Positions 25,569-39,732 of a stretch of DNA of 64,000 nt are shown piece by piece (positions within the stretch are counted from its first letter, which is position 1; the number at the start of each line of letters is the position of its first letter). The translations under genes were made by a program, and so were the position numbers. A model generated the notes under the pieces. The model was not told where the DNA came from and did no database searches. It worked only from the letters and a program-made list of their open reading frames with translations. Source of the DNA: Octopus vulgaris (Eukaryota); assembly GCA_951406725.2 (NCBI GenBank), contig OX597814.1:222828001-222892000 (forward strand). The letters run 5' to 3'.

Positions 25569-26911
25569 AACACTCGAACTTAGTCCACCAAAATTAATGG
25601 GTACAGAAATATACAGGACAAAAGTCAGAGGGCAGTTTCTTCAGACGATTACGGTGCAACTTATAGAAAAGTGCGTTGTAGTCTTCAGTTTAATGAAAAC
25701 ATCCGTTTTTATTGTGTCTTTTTTTTACTACGAATATGGATTCATGGATTACATTTCTGTCAACCGACTGTCTATATAAAATAGGTCTCCTTGATCACAT
25801 TTGCAATCTGGATGTGATGATTTTAAATGCTACATTTAGAGCTGCAGATGGTTAATTGATTAAGTGTCAGAAACTGACTGTGTTGTGACTATGTACGCAT
25901 GGTTTATATACTGAGTTGAAAAGTTCACTAATGCAGATGAAACTGGGTAAAATTGTCAAAGATGTCAATGGCTTAAACTGGTGAGTTATAATGAAATGCC
26001 AGTCCAGTTGCTGTTAACTGTTTTTCTGAGATATTAGATGACAAATTTTCGCTCTCAGTCACCTTCCAAATTAGAAACTATCGACAGATGAAAAAATGGG
26101 AGGGGGGGGGGGAGAAAATAATTTACTGAAAGAAAGAAAATAATATCCAAGAAAATGAAATGAAAGACGTAAGGACAGACAGACATTTAAGGATAAAATG
26201 AAAGGCAATGAAGAAAATATGGCAAAAGAAACAACGAATGAATGAATGAAGGAATGAATGAGATATAGCAAGAAAATGAGAAAAGAAACAATAAAAAAAG
26301 AAACTAGGAAGAGGAGTTGGAAAAGAACGGGTTCAATCGGTGAAAGCAACGAAACGAACTAGAAAGGCTGGCGGACAGAAATATAATTGTAAAGAGAAAG
26401 GTGGAGAGAGAAAGGGATGCGTGCTCGTACGAATGACAATGAATAAAGGGAGATTGCTGGGGTGGAGAGAGTACTTAGAAAGAGAAAGAGAGTGAAACAA
26501 GGCAATTGGCAGAGAAAGAGAGTGTGAAAAAAAGAGGGAGATAAAGAAAGGAAAATTACTGTTGAAGTTAATAAGTGGATATATTTATAGATTCAGAATG
26601 TGAAAAGGAAATCTTTGAAGAAGGACAACGAATTGGCAGAAACACACGCGTGTAAAGAGAGGGAGATAAACAGGCAGGCAGGGACACGTACAATGTAAAT
26701 AGACATAGAGACACACTCACTGAGGATGTGCGAGAGCGAGGGAGGATGGGTGGAGGGAGGTGTCACATTAAGTCGGTGAGAGACTTAGAAAGAGGGAGGT
26801 GGTTCGAGCTGTAATGAGTGGAGTGATGACTATTGAAGAAAGAGCGTGACAACTTTAATGGCAGATAGATGACATCAAGAAAAATCAATGGGTAAAGAGG
26901 AGACAGTCTAT

Positions 26912-26947
<36 letters not shown>

Positions 26948-27520
26948 GGGAGAACAAAGGGAAAGGGAGAGGGGGAAAGAGAAAAATGTGGTGTTTAAGA
27001 AGAAAATTATTTTAGATAGATATTAGTAGAATAGGGAAAACTTACAGTCACACTAGTGTAAAGAATGTTGGGTGGTGGGCAACCATTACTGAAGAAAGAT
27101 ACGATACACAGATGAAAATGTCTCAAGTGAAAAAGACGGACAAAGAATTGTTTTGAAATAACATGAAATGTAGTCTGACGGGAAAGATGATTCGGAAGAA
27201 AGACCCGGAGATGAAGCCAGTGGCAATGTAATACTTTAATGTGTCAATAAAACTACAAATCTCTTGTGTATATTGATTTCTAAATTGGGGGCACAGTCAC
27301 ATAATTGCGTAGAGGGTTTACTGTCGACTAAATCAAATGAAATGGGTTATTGGAACTGATTTTATCCTTCCTAGTTGTGATAAAACATAATTTCAACCCA
27401 TGGAAGGATTTAGATTCAGAATTTAGCTAGATACTATAATACATACAGTTTTCCACACATTTTCCCACTCTACCAGCTCGTTTATTCAAAATGTATGAAC
27501 TTAATGTAAATTCTGATATA

Positions 27521-27740
27521 AGGCGGCGAGATGGCAGAATCGATAGCACACCAGGTGAAATTCTTAGTGGTTACTTTCTGAGTTCAAATTCCGCCGAGGT
27601 TGACTTTACCTTTCATCCTTTCGGGGTCGATTAAACAAGCACCAGGTACGCACGGGGGTCGATGTGATCGATTTAATCCCTTTGTTTGTCCTTGTTTGTC
27701 TCCTCTATGTTTAGCCCCCTGTGGGCAATAAAGAAATAAA
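27521..27740 (+). mobile_element. SINE family B
   Basis: aggcggcgagatggcagaa...gagttcaaattccgccgagg...gggcaataaagaaata. Confidence 0.88.
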
Positions 27741-28764
27741 TATTTGTATGCTATTATTGTAATATTCGTCTGTATATAATCATGCTAAAGAAACGGACAG
27801 AACGAAAAAACGTGGAGGTGGGGATGAAATGAAGTAAAGGAAGATGGCCCCAAAATAAATTAATACCGAAAGAAACAGCTTTCTACCAAACCAAACCGAT
27901 CTAAACTAATGCTTAGATAATGTTTTTCTTTCAATGCTTAGATGAGCATCTCTCTTCCCGAATCGAAACCCTGAATGTCAAACTATGTTGGCATCTATGA
28001 CATTTATTTCCGCTTTGTTTGCTGAACAATAGAGCTTCTTTTAATGGGAGCAAATCAGATGTGCTTTATAAGTGAGACAATGAATGAATGTGACACGATT
28101 TGTTTGTAGTGTTGTGGGGAGTCGTGAAGTATTTTAGTGAAATGCGTACTAAAGATTACAAATATTAAAATTTTGAAATAGTTGATAGCTTTTTGTTTTG
28201 TTTTTTTTTGTTTTTGGGGTTTTTTTTTGCCCAACTGTGTTTAGTCTTCCGAATTTTCAGCAAGAAAATTAGGCTAACTTGTTTATGTGTTTTTAGGTTT
28301 TGTCAATTGGATTTCAATATCTCATGAATCTGAAGTAATAGTTTGATCTTTGGGTTCATCGTTCTTCTTTTTACAATCCTTCGTTTCAATTGTTTTATGT
28401 TAACTTAAAACTTGAATAACTTTCGCTTCATTTGCACAACATAAAAGCAACGCCTGAAGTCTGTTTTACATACTATTAAATTAAATAATAGTCATTATTT
28501 ATAACAAAATAAACAAATTTAGTCAGTTTCGAATTAAAAAAAAAAGACCCCATTCATAATTTAATCCTGCGTGACATAGATTTATATCAATGTTACCAGT
28601 AAACATAAATATAATTATAAACTCATAAACTACACAATTTCATTTATTTCATTTTTATTTCCTCTAAATTTCTACTGGTATATCTCAATCAGATATCAAC
28701 ATATTTTGGTACCGAACTCACATAAATTTAATCCAGTCAATCTTGTGAACACACACGTGGTATA

Positions 28765-29169
28765 ACTGGCAGAAACGTTAGCACGCCGGGCGAAATGCTT
28801 AGCGGTATTTCGTCTGCGTTACGTTGTGAGTTCAAATTCCGCCGGGGTCGACTTAGCCTTTCATCCTTTCGGCGTCGATAAATTAAGTACCAGTTATGCA
28901 CTGGGGTCGATGTAATCGACTTAATCCGTTTGTCTGTCCTTGTTTTTCCCGTCTGTGTTTAGCCCCTTGTGGGCAATAAAGAAATAGGTATTTCGTCTGC
29001 GTTACGTTGTGAGTTCAAATTCCGCCGAGGTCGACTTTGCCTTTCATCCTTTCGGAGTTGATAAATTAAGTACCAGTTGCGCACTGGGGTCGATGTAATC
29101 GACTTAATACCTATGTCTGTCCTTGTTTGTCCGCTCTGTGTTTAGCCCCTTGTGGGTAATAAAGAAATA
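28765..29169 (+). mobile_element. SINE family B with 183-bp tandem duplication of its body
   Basis: Units 28804-28986 and 28987-29169, both starting ggtatttcgtctgcgttacg. Confidence 0.9.
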
Positions 29170-30124
29170 GGTATAGCTTTGGTACACGCAGTAACTTTTA
29201 CATCAAATAAGCTTAACGTTGAAATTGATTTCTAACATTGGCTCTCATTTCGACAGAGGCTACAATCAATTAAAACGTCTCTAATTCTTGAACACTGAAT
29301 AACGAACGGAAAAGTCAATTTCGGCATGTAACGAAATACTATGGGATAATTTGATTGGCACCCGGCCCATTATATTATGCCATCACCTTAGGGAGTAAAG
29401 ATTTCTAACATTGACACAATATACGCGCAAGGGTCACTTTTTTAATGTATAATCGCCACTACGGGCTCTAGAAGGATGAAAGAAATTAAGTCGGTGCAAT
29501 TGAACTTAAAACGGAATTACATGAAACTAAATGCTGCGAAGCATTTTCAATGTAACTTTACACATTGCCCTATACTTCCAAGCATCCTTCGACTCTTAAC
29601 TTCTGATAGAATTGTAGGGATGATGTAGTACCTTACTTACTTAATGTCATAGGCACTTTAAACCTAGCGGAGCCCATCCTTTTTAGGCTTCTACAAGCCA
29701 AATTCTTCTAGATAGAGAGAGAGAGAGAGAAAAAAAAAAGGGTAAGATAGTGGAGGTGAGAGCGGCAGAAAGAGAAGAATCAGCCTCCGTGCTTGACTGG
29801 TCCTTTATCCTCTACGAAAGATAAAAGGCAAGTTGATATCAACAGGATTTCAAACACTCCTAACGATCTCCCGACTCGCCGCCGCTTTTATTCTGCTAAG
29901 CTACTGTCATGGAGATTAATGATAAAGAAAAACAAAACAAAAAGAAAAACAGAAGCCTATTTTAGAAAATGCAAAAAAAAAAGCATTTAGAAAACGAGAA
30001 AGACACAAGAAAGTATAGATTTAATTTAAACCAAGAGTAGCTTACTTTCAATTTGCGTTACTTCAAATAGATAAGTGGATGGTTTCTTTCGTGTGTCATG
30101 GATTCCACATTTTTCTTTTACTTT

Positions 30125-30571
<447 letters not shown>

Positions 30572-30935
30572 GAATTCCACATCTATACATATAATGGTTG
30601 TGGTGAGGCGCTAGCAGAATTTATGCCAAACTACTTTCTACCAAATGGTGGTAAATTATAGCAATTTGATGTACGTCTCGATATCACTGAAGTGTTTTGC
30701 TCCATCATGTATATTAAACTGGCTGACTGACAGTTTTGTTGGATGTCTGGACAAATAAGTGCAAGATAGATCGTAAGATAAACTTAATGCGTTGTTATTT
30801 CAAATATCATAATAGCAATATTTACTATGGTGATGGCAATGCACATGATGATGTCGCGTATATCATAATAATGACAACGATATTTTTGTTTAGCCACAAA
30901 CCAAGTCAGCCTGGAATCACGCAGACTTCTAAATC

Positions 30936-31115
30936 TTATTTCTTTATTGCCCATAAGGGGCTAAACATAGAGGGTACAAACAAGGACAGACAAAGGGATT
31001 AAGTTGATGACATCGTCCCCAGTGCGTAACTGGTATTTAATTTATCTACCCCGAAAGGATGAAAGGTAAAGTCGACCTCGACGGAATTTGAACTTAGAAC
31101 TTAACAGTAGGCGAA
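30936..31115 (-). mobile_element. SINE family B, 5'-truncated
   Basis: tatttctttattgcccataaggggctaaac...gaaaggatgaaagg..aagtcgacctcg. Confidence 0.85.
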
Positions 31116-31298
31116 AGCGTTACACCCATGATCACCCGGTCTGTTTTTGAGGCATATAACTAATGTACCATTCGTTATTTTTACAAAAATTAAGATGTCA
31201 TGTAAAAGAAACTTGGTTCCTACTCTTAGCAGATCGAATAACCACTTATAGGCTTCCTACTATGCTCTATCGAGAATTCTTAGTAATGTTGATATTTG

Positions 31299-31359
31299 AG
31301 GTAGTGGTGGTGGCGGCGACGGCGGTGATGATGATGATGATAATAATGATGATGATGAC

Positions 31360-31402
<43 letters not shown>

Positions 31403-31462
31403 GTGGCGGCGGTGGTGGTGGTAGTGGTGGTGGTAGTGGTGGTGGTGGGGGTGATGATGATG

Positions 31463-31494
<32 letters not shown>

Positions 31495-31588
31495 GATGAT
31501 GGTGATGATGTTTGAAATCTGGTTCATGCTGACAGCAATTTTTGCTTTTCTAGCAAACTGTAGTTATGCCTATCAACAAATAAGGAGG

Positions 31589-31638
<50 letters not shown>

Positions 31639-31668
31639 GTTGTTGTTTTTGTTGTTGTTGTTGTTAGT
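31299..31668. repeat. Triplet microsatellite cluster (GGT)n/(GAT)n/(TTA)n/(TTG)n
   Basis: Directly visible. Confidence 0.95.
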
Positions 31669-31838
31669 AGTGCAATTGATAGTAATAACGTGAGCAAAGA
31701 TGTGGAGAAGGTGGAGTTTTGTCGTCTTTGGCTGATCGATATTTATTGCACATTCACAAATAGGCATACAAACAGATATATGTAAGCTGGCTATATCTGT
31801 GTGTATATGTGCATATCTGTCTGTGTGTGCGCGTGCGC

Positions 31839-31893
<55 letters not shown>

Positions 31894-32195
31894 AACAGAG
31901 GAGAGAGAGAGAGAAACAGAGGAGAGAGTGAGATATATATACATATCAACTCCTCTATTACCCGCAATACTACTAATAGTATCGATAAAACGAGACCGGA
32001 AGTGAACAATCTAGCAGATAATTGACATTGTTCAGAGAAGAAAGAAACTTCGTAGTTGAATGTTGTATTTAAACTTGAGCTTATTGCTGGGAAACTACGA
32101 CTTCAAAGATTTGGCCTCTTCCTTTACTTCCGCGCTAATTCCTTTTTCCTACATACTTTATAGATTTGTTGTTTTATGATTACCTGTGACTATAA

Positions 32196-32240
<45 letters not shown>

Positions 32241-32498
32241 GCAACTGCTGCTGCGGCTGTTTCGCACTCTCTACGCTAAGACATATATATAGAAAGAGAT
32301 GCAAACTAGAAAAGTAGTCAATACATTCAGCTGAGTTTGTGTAAAGTCGATGATATCTCCATTAAAACTCCGAATAATCATTGGATATTTCACAAACACA
32401 CTCACACACACACACACACAAACATATACATACATACATACATATATATATATATAGATACATGGATACATATATACATACATACATACATACATATG

Positions 32499-32750
<252 letters not shown>

Positions 32751-32774
32751 GATACATACATACATATATATATA

Positions 32775-32946
32775 GGGAGAATTCACGATAAAAGCAAAAG
32801 ACGAAGACAGGTGGTGTAGAAAACAAACATGTATTAGTATAACGCTCAGGAATTGAAAAAAGTCTTTTACGTTTCGAGCCTACGCTCTTCCACAGAAAGG
32901 AACACAGAAATAATGTGTGTAGTGGCTACCGATCTATCATGGCGAC
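32775..32946 (-). mobile_element. Penelope-like repeat fragment between (TA)n tracts, with core-variant HHR at 32865-32899
   Basis: Minus: cttt ctgtgga a gagc gtag gctc GAAAC GTA aaag; related to the 55009 motif. Confidence 0.6.
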
Positions 32947-33019
<73 letters not shown>

Positions 33020-33123
33020 TATATCCCTCTCATTTCTTAACTCAAGCTGCTTTTTACTTTGTTATTCATTTACAAAGTTCACTCCTCACGTAAACACAAT
33101 ATTTATTATTCGCTCACACTCTA

Positions 33124-33174
<51 letters not shown>

Positions 33175-33227
33175 CATTATTATTATTTTATTCATTGCCT
33201 CTGTACTTTCACCGATTTACCTTACAT

Positions 33228-33532
33228 CGGTGATTCCCAACGTGGGGTATACGCCCCATCGATGGAGCTGGGAAAATTGTGGTGGAGCGTGGCGCCATAG
33301 ACGTTAGGCACACGGTTCTCATTATAAAGTGATTCACTTTCTTAGTCAATAATGTACTTTCATTTATGTACTCAGTACTTAGTAAAAGATTTACCGGCAG
33401 ATTCCTTTGTATTTAATAATTGTGATAAAATATTGAAAATAAAGTTGTTTTTTCCCAACCGCTGGTGGGGCTTACATTTTGGTTCTGGAGGAAAATATTG
33501 GGTTCTGGAGGAAAATAGGTTGGGAAACACTG
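33228..33532. mobile_element. hAT (Charlie-like) MITE
   Basis: TIRs cggtgattcccaac / gttgggaaacactg; 8-bp TSD ccttacat (33220-27) / ccttagat (33533-40); internal ~20-bp tandem duplication 33481-33517. Confidence 0.8.
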
Positions 33533-33665
33533 CCTTAGATACATTTACGCACCTTTTTCACTCGCAGTGTCTCTTTTTCTTCATTGGTGTTTCCGTTGCT
33601 GCTGTTTACTGTCTATTCTTTCGTAATGTTTATCACTTATCCGTCTATCTATCTATCTATCTATC

Positions 33666-33698
<33 letters not shown>

Positions 33699-34189
33699 TC
33701 TCTCTTTTTTACGACCCCAATTGATCGAAAACCTACCCCCTTTTTATTTTTTATTTTTTCTCCCCAAAAAGAAAAGCTCTACTTTGTAATTTGTCCCCTA
33801 TGTGTTCAACCCTTTGTGGCTAATAAAGAAACATATCTATCTGTCTGTCTGTCTGTCTGTCTGTCTATTTATCTATCTATCTACTTACCTATTGTATTTA
33901 AGTTTATCATACTTTCTTTCTCTTGCACCTCTCTCAGAGTAGCCACAGTTTTGCTCTTCCAGTGTGCAACAGAATAAGGTACATATGACTTTGTGTTTTA
34001 TATATTATTACACTTTCACATGGATGGATAATTAGCAATATAGAAAGAAAAGTACTTCGACAGTAAAAAAGATTGGTAGAGAGATAAACAGGTGATCCAG
34101 TTAGTAGAATTACATACCTAAACGAACTGAGGTACAGCCTTATGTCAAGAGAGAGGAGCAAAGAGGCACATACAGAGACAGATAGATAA

Positions 34190-34247
<58 letters not shown>

Positions 34248-35546
34248 TGCATTTATACATGTATACAAACATACATATATATATACATATATACATATAT
34301 AGGTACAAGGACAGGTAGGTAGATAATCCTATAGATATATGTAGGCAGGTAGGTAGGTAGATGGGTATGGAGGAAGAAAATGAAGAAAATACTAGCATGG
34401 AAAAAAGAAATAAAAAGAGGGAAACTTGTAGATTTAACAAAAGTTCTTGTCAGTTACAGGGAGATTGAGTAAGTCTTGTAGGAGTATTGAAGTACTGTAA
34501 GAGACGTATTGAGTATTGTGAGTTTGTAATCAATATATACTACAAACGGTGTTGCTTTGTTGAGAGAACTATGATTAAGTGAAGTATACAAACGATAGTG
34601 ATGAAAATAAAATATATATATTAAGAAAAAAGAAACGAAAAAAAAAGAAAACAATTTCTGCGCCGATGCGAGCTGATATAATCAAATAGCAAAGATGAAG
34701 AAGATAAAGCAACAATTACATCGCGCTACAAAACATCTATAATAAATAAATAAACACATCTCTAGAGCATGGAAACTAACTACAAAAAAAACAACAACAA
34801 CAACAATCATCTACAATGCCAGAAAGAACAATAATAGAAAAAAAACGTCAACGTCTATTGAAAATTTATATAATAATAATAATAATAATAAAAAAACACT
34901 GACAAAACTGGTCAAAAAGAGAGGGGAAAAAAGACAGCTGAATACTAGACGCCATCTCAACAAATAGTGGTGTTCTTTCTGAATAATAGTATTTGCCAAA
35001 CAAATGGAAAAACATATTGTTGTATACATATCTTGTGATACATCGCTTTTCACTTTCAACACATTCTTTACTTTATATGTTTTGTTTTATTTTATGTGCT
35101 AATATCATTTGTTTTTATTTGTATGTATGTTGCTTTCTTTTTTGGGGTGGGTATATATTATTCCACCTCTCCCTATATTTCGATATTGTAGCTGCAATTT
35201 AGCGTTCAGTTCTTGATATGATCAGACGGACGCATGCAATCATATGTATATTACATAAACAAATATCACACAGAGCGACGCACACAAACAGGTCTTTCTC
35301 ACATACACATGCTCACATGCTCATACACACACAAACCGCACAAAAAAGATGTTTTTCAGAGCGAGAAATTAAGCAAACGCCGTAAACGTCTGTCTGGAAG
35401 CAAAATTCATTTATCTGTAACAAATAAATCATATCAACACACACATACACGCACACACACACAAATACATAGAAATTCTCAAACGTGTGCGGCCAATTAA
35501 TGTTACATGCATACATGCATACATACACATATAAATATTTGTGTGA

Positions 35547-35584
<38 letters not shown>

Positions 35585-35650
35585 GTGTATGTGTATATAT
35601 ATATATATACGTGTATGTATGTATATGTATATATGCATGTATGCACATAT

Positions 35651-36032
35651 ACTCTTTTACTCTTTTACTTGTTTCAGTCATTTGACTGCGGCCATGCACG
35701 AGCACCGTCTTTAGTCGAGCAAATCGACCGCAGGACTTATTCTATCGATCCCTTTTGCCGAACCGCTACGTTACGGGGACGTAAACATACCACCATCGTT
35801 TGGAGGACAAACACAGACACACAAACTTATACAAATACATACATATATATATATATATAGACATATATACGACGGGCTTCTTACAGTTTCTGTCTACCAA
35901 ATCCACTCACAAGGCTTTGGTTGGTCAGAGGCTATAGTAGAAGACACGTGCCCAAGGTGCCACGCAGTGGGAATGAACCCAGAACCATGTAGTTGGTAAG
36001 TAAGCTACTTACCACACAGCCACTCCAGCGCC
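35651..36032 (-). mobile_element. SINE family A
   Basis: Complete head and tail with small internal deletions. Confidence 0.9.
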
Positions 36033-36047
36033 TATATATATATATAC

Positions 36048-36079
<32 letters not shown>

Positions 36080-36241
36080 TAAGAGAGAGATACTATACAC
36101 ACACACATATATATATATATATATATGTAATGTATATAATTTGTATATTTACAATATATGACACATTTATGTATACACATAAGAATATATACATTTCTAT
36201 ATATATGTATATGCGTGTGTCTGTATTTATATACATATATA

Positions 36242-36305
<64 letters not shown>

Positions 36306-36488
36306 TATATTCTTTTAATCTTTTACTTTTTTTCTGTGACTTGGCAGCGGCTATGCTGGAGAACCGTCTTTAGTCGAGCAAATCGATCCTAGGACTTACT
36401 TCTAAGACACTCCAGGAATTCTACAATTCAGATTCCTGAACTTACCACATGCAAAGGATTATATATTCATATGAAATACATATACACC

Positions 36489-36539
<51 letters not shown>

Positions 36540-36585
36540 CAAAATATACAGAAAGATTATATGAATATGTATATATATATAATTA

Positions 36586-36850
36586 GGCGCAGGAGTGGCT
36601 GTTGGTAAGAAGCTTGCTTCCAGAACCACATGGTTCCTAATTTAGTTCCATAGTGGGGAACCTTGTGCATGTGTATTCTACCATAGCCTCGGGTCGGCCA
36701 AAGCATAGTGAGTGTATTTGGTAGACAAAAACTGAAAGAAGCCCCGTATATATATGCGCGTGTGTGTAGGGGGGTGTTTGTACGTATGCATTTGTGTATT
36801 TCGGTCTGACCCCGTCCCACCATTGTTCGATAGCCGATATTACTGTGTTT
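36586..36850 (+). mobile_element. SINE family A, 3'-truncated, diverged
   Basis: ggcgcaggagtggctgt..ggtaag...aactgaaagaagccccgtata. Confidence 0.8.
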
Positions 36851-36867
36851 AGATATATGTACATACA

Positions 36868-37070
36868 TATAAAAAATAAGTTATTGCAATACAATAGTGT
36901 TATTTTCCAGCTAAATAAAGCACCGCAAAGGTAGAATTATAAGTGAGAAATATTGGCACAACAAGGCACCAATGTTTTGTCACTATTTCCTATTTATAAT
37001 TCTCCATTTACGGTGCTTTAGTTGGAAAACAATACTATTGTATTGCAATAATATTTATCATTTTTATATA
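36868..37070. repeat. ~200-bp palindromic/foldback element
   Basis: ttattgcaatacaatagt (36881-98) pairs perfectly with actattgtattgcaataa (37034-51); pairing continues inward to a short loop near 36965. Confidence 0.8.
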
Positions 37071-37499
37071 AAACTTCTTCACTGAACTCGGTTCTTTTTA
37101 TGGGTAGGCGTATCAGCCGAACATACTGGCATTCACACGCACGCACACATACATATGCTAACGAGACTCACAACACACTTGTATACTAAAACGATACACA
37201 CTCTCATACGTGATTGTAAGTCTATCAAGAAGAACACGCCTAAGTACACACTCACATAGCTGCTCACTTCAGCTAAGTGAAATAAATCACAAAACCCAAG
37301 AACTGAATTTTTGGCTTCACCACATGAGCTTTGATTTTTGTTAATGACTTTCTTGAATTCTGTAAATTCAAGAAAAAAAATTAATTACAAAGAAAAATTT
37401 ACATACGTGCGGATATTCTAAATTTTGTCTTTCGTGAACCTAGTTGAAGAAAACTAACCAGATTTACGATAACAAACGTATTCTGGAAAGTCTGAAACT

Positions 37500-37882
37500 C
37501 GAGTACTGGGTTATCCATTTTAGGTTATCCATTAATCCGGCGTTCTTCCTGGAGGCAAGACGAATTTCTTTTTTATGTTCGATGCCCGCACACGCCTTTA
37601 ACTCTATGCTTTCAGTGAAGCTTTGCATAACGGCGTACAGTTATCGATTATTTCCAGCAAACATTGGTGCATTGTTGTAGCTTTCTGCCAAGGGATCTAA
37701 TGCGCTTGGCTTAGATTTCCCTTGGGGGCTGCCCAGATCGGAGCAATCACAAGATTAATCAGCCGAAATTGCGAAGATGATCCGGTTCTTGACTGATGAT
37801 TGAGGGCTTCGAATGTCCCGTCCTGTGTTTCTTGTGTCGTCTTCTAGGTGTTTCACGTTCTTGTCCCAGTTTGTACATATTT
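37500..37882 (+). mobile_element. Penelope-like repeat ending in (CA)n/(TA)n
   Basis: GC-richer block carrying an HHR motif, abutting a microsatellite; family assignment is inference. Confidence 0.5.
37737..37808 (+). ncRNA. Non-circularly permuted (S-G-C order) hammerhead ribozyme candidate, second family
   Basis: Stem III gcaat(37743-47)/attgc(37768-72); AUC site; stem I caaga(37750-54)/tcttg(37787-91); GAAA 37765-68; CTGATGA 37793-99; extension atcgga/tccggt. Confidence 0.6.
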
Positions 37883-37888
37883 TTTTAC

Positions 37889-38050
<162 letters not shown>

Positions 38051-38587
38051 AGATATTTCTAAGGAGTGTGAGGAAGAAAAGAGACAAAAGAGCCTGGGTT
38101 CATATATATGTGTGTGTGTGTGTGTATGTATGTATTTCATATGAATATATAATCATTTGCTTGTGGTAAGTCCAGGAATCTTAATTGTAGAATACCTGGC
38201 GTGCCTTGCAAATTTCCACTTCCCCACTAATTGGTTCTTTGTAAAAGCGAATGTGTTAGTTGCGTTACACACACATATACGCACACGCATATAACTTGAG
38301 AAAATCTTATATATAGAGTCCTTCCTTGAGTGAAGAGCTACTTACATATGTAAGTGCGTGTGCACAACTTTTTCCTATCGAAGTCAACTAACTTTTGGCC
38401 GCAAGCCTGATCTTATTGATTCTGAATCAACATGATTTCAAATGCGTGCTACAAAACCAGACTACGTGGGTGAGCATTCTGTATCCACACAATTAACTTT
38501 CAGAGGTAAATATACTTAGTATTGCTGCATACGTTAGATGTCAACGTTTGTGGGCTTTCCATGGTTTCACAAATTGTTTCCCAAATA

Positions 38588-38974
38588 GGTGTAGGAGTAG
38601 CTGTGTGGTAAGTAGCTTGCTTACCAACCACATGGTTCTGGATTCAGTCCCACTGCGTGCCAACTTGGGCAAGGGTCTTCTACTATATAGCCTCGGGCCG
38701 ACCAAAGCCTTGTGAGTGGATTTGGTAGACGGAAACCGAAAGAAGTCCGTCGTATATATGTACATATATGTATGTGTGTGTATATGTTTGTGTGTCTGTG
38801 TTTGACAACCGATGTTGGTGTGTTTACGTCCCCGTAACTTAGCGGTTCGGCAAAACAGACCGATAGAATAAGTACTAGGCTTAAACAGAATAAGTCCTGG
38901 TGTCGATTTGCTCGACTAAAGGCGGTGCTGCAGCATGGCCACAGTCAAATGGCTGAAACAAGTAAAAGAGTAAA
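38588..38974 (+). mobile_element. SINE family A, full length
   Basis: Matches the other family-A copies. Confidence 0.92.
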
Positions 38975-39083
38975 TGCGAGGAACCACTTTAACGGTCAGG
39001 AATTATTTCAAATTTTTGTGCTAACTTTTAAACTTCCATCTTTATATCTGCTTCAATAGAGTGTTCTAGCAACGGAAACATAC

Positions 39084-39118
<35 letters not shown>

Positions 39119-39661
39119 TAGCCAGTGTGTGTATACATATACATATATATGCACGCACATGCATACACACACACATACACACACACATACACACACAGAC
39201 GCATATACGCAGAAACCTGGGCAATTGATAGTACACTGAGCCACCGAGCATCATATATAGAGACACATAGGTAAACAAATAAGAAGATAAAGGGAGAAAA
39301 AGGAAGACAAACATTCAAAACACATAGGCACCAAGAACAGATATAAATATAAGATTGAATATTATACAGAAAGTTAGAAAAGGAATTTTAACCAAATCAA
39401 CAACCAAGTTTTTGATTTATTTCACTGTATTTTCCTAAAGGATAAAATAGCACATGGTGAACTCGTTTACACATAATTACTTTTCCATCTGGATTTCACA
39501 GAAGAATCGCAATTTTTTTTACATGTTTCACCTGCTTCATTTGTGACATTATTCAAGTGAACATTAAACTGTCTCCATTTTCACCTCTTTTTAATTTCTA
39601 TGTCGTGCTCTCTCTTTCTTTCTCTGAATATATGCATATAGACTATAACAAATATACAATG

Positions 39662-39732
<71 letters not shown>

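Noticed and set aside
28804-29169. CRISPR-like or other prokaryotic repeat array
   Set aside because: Eukaryotic SINE duplication; no repeat-spacer structure or cas genes anywhere in the window
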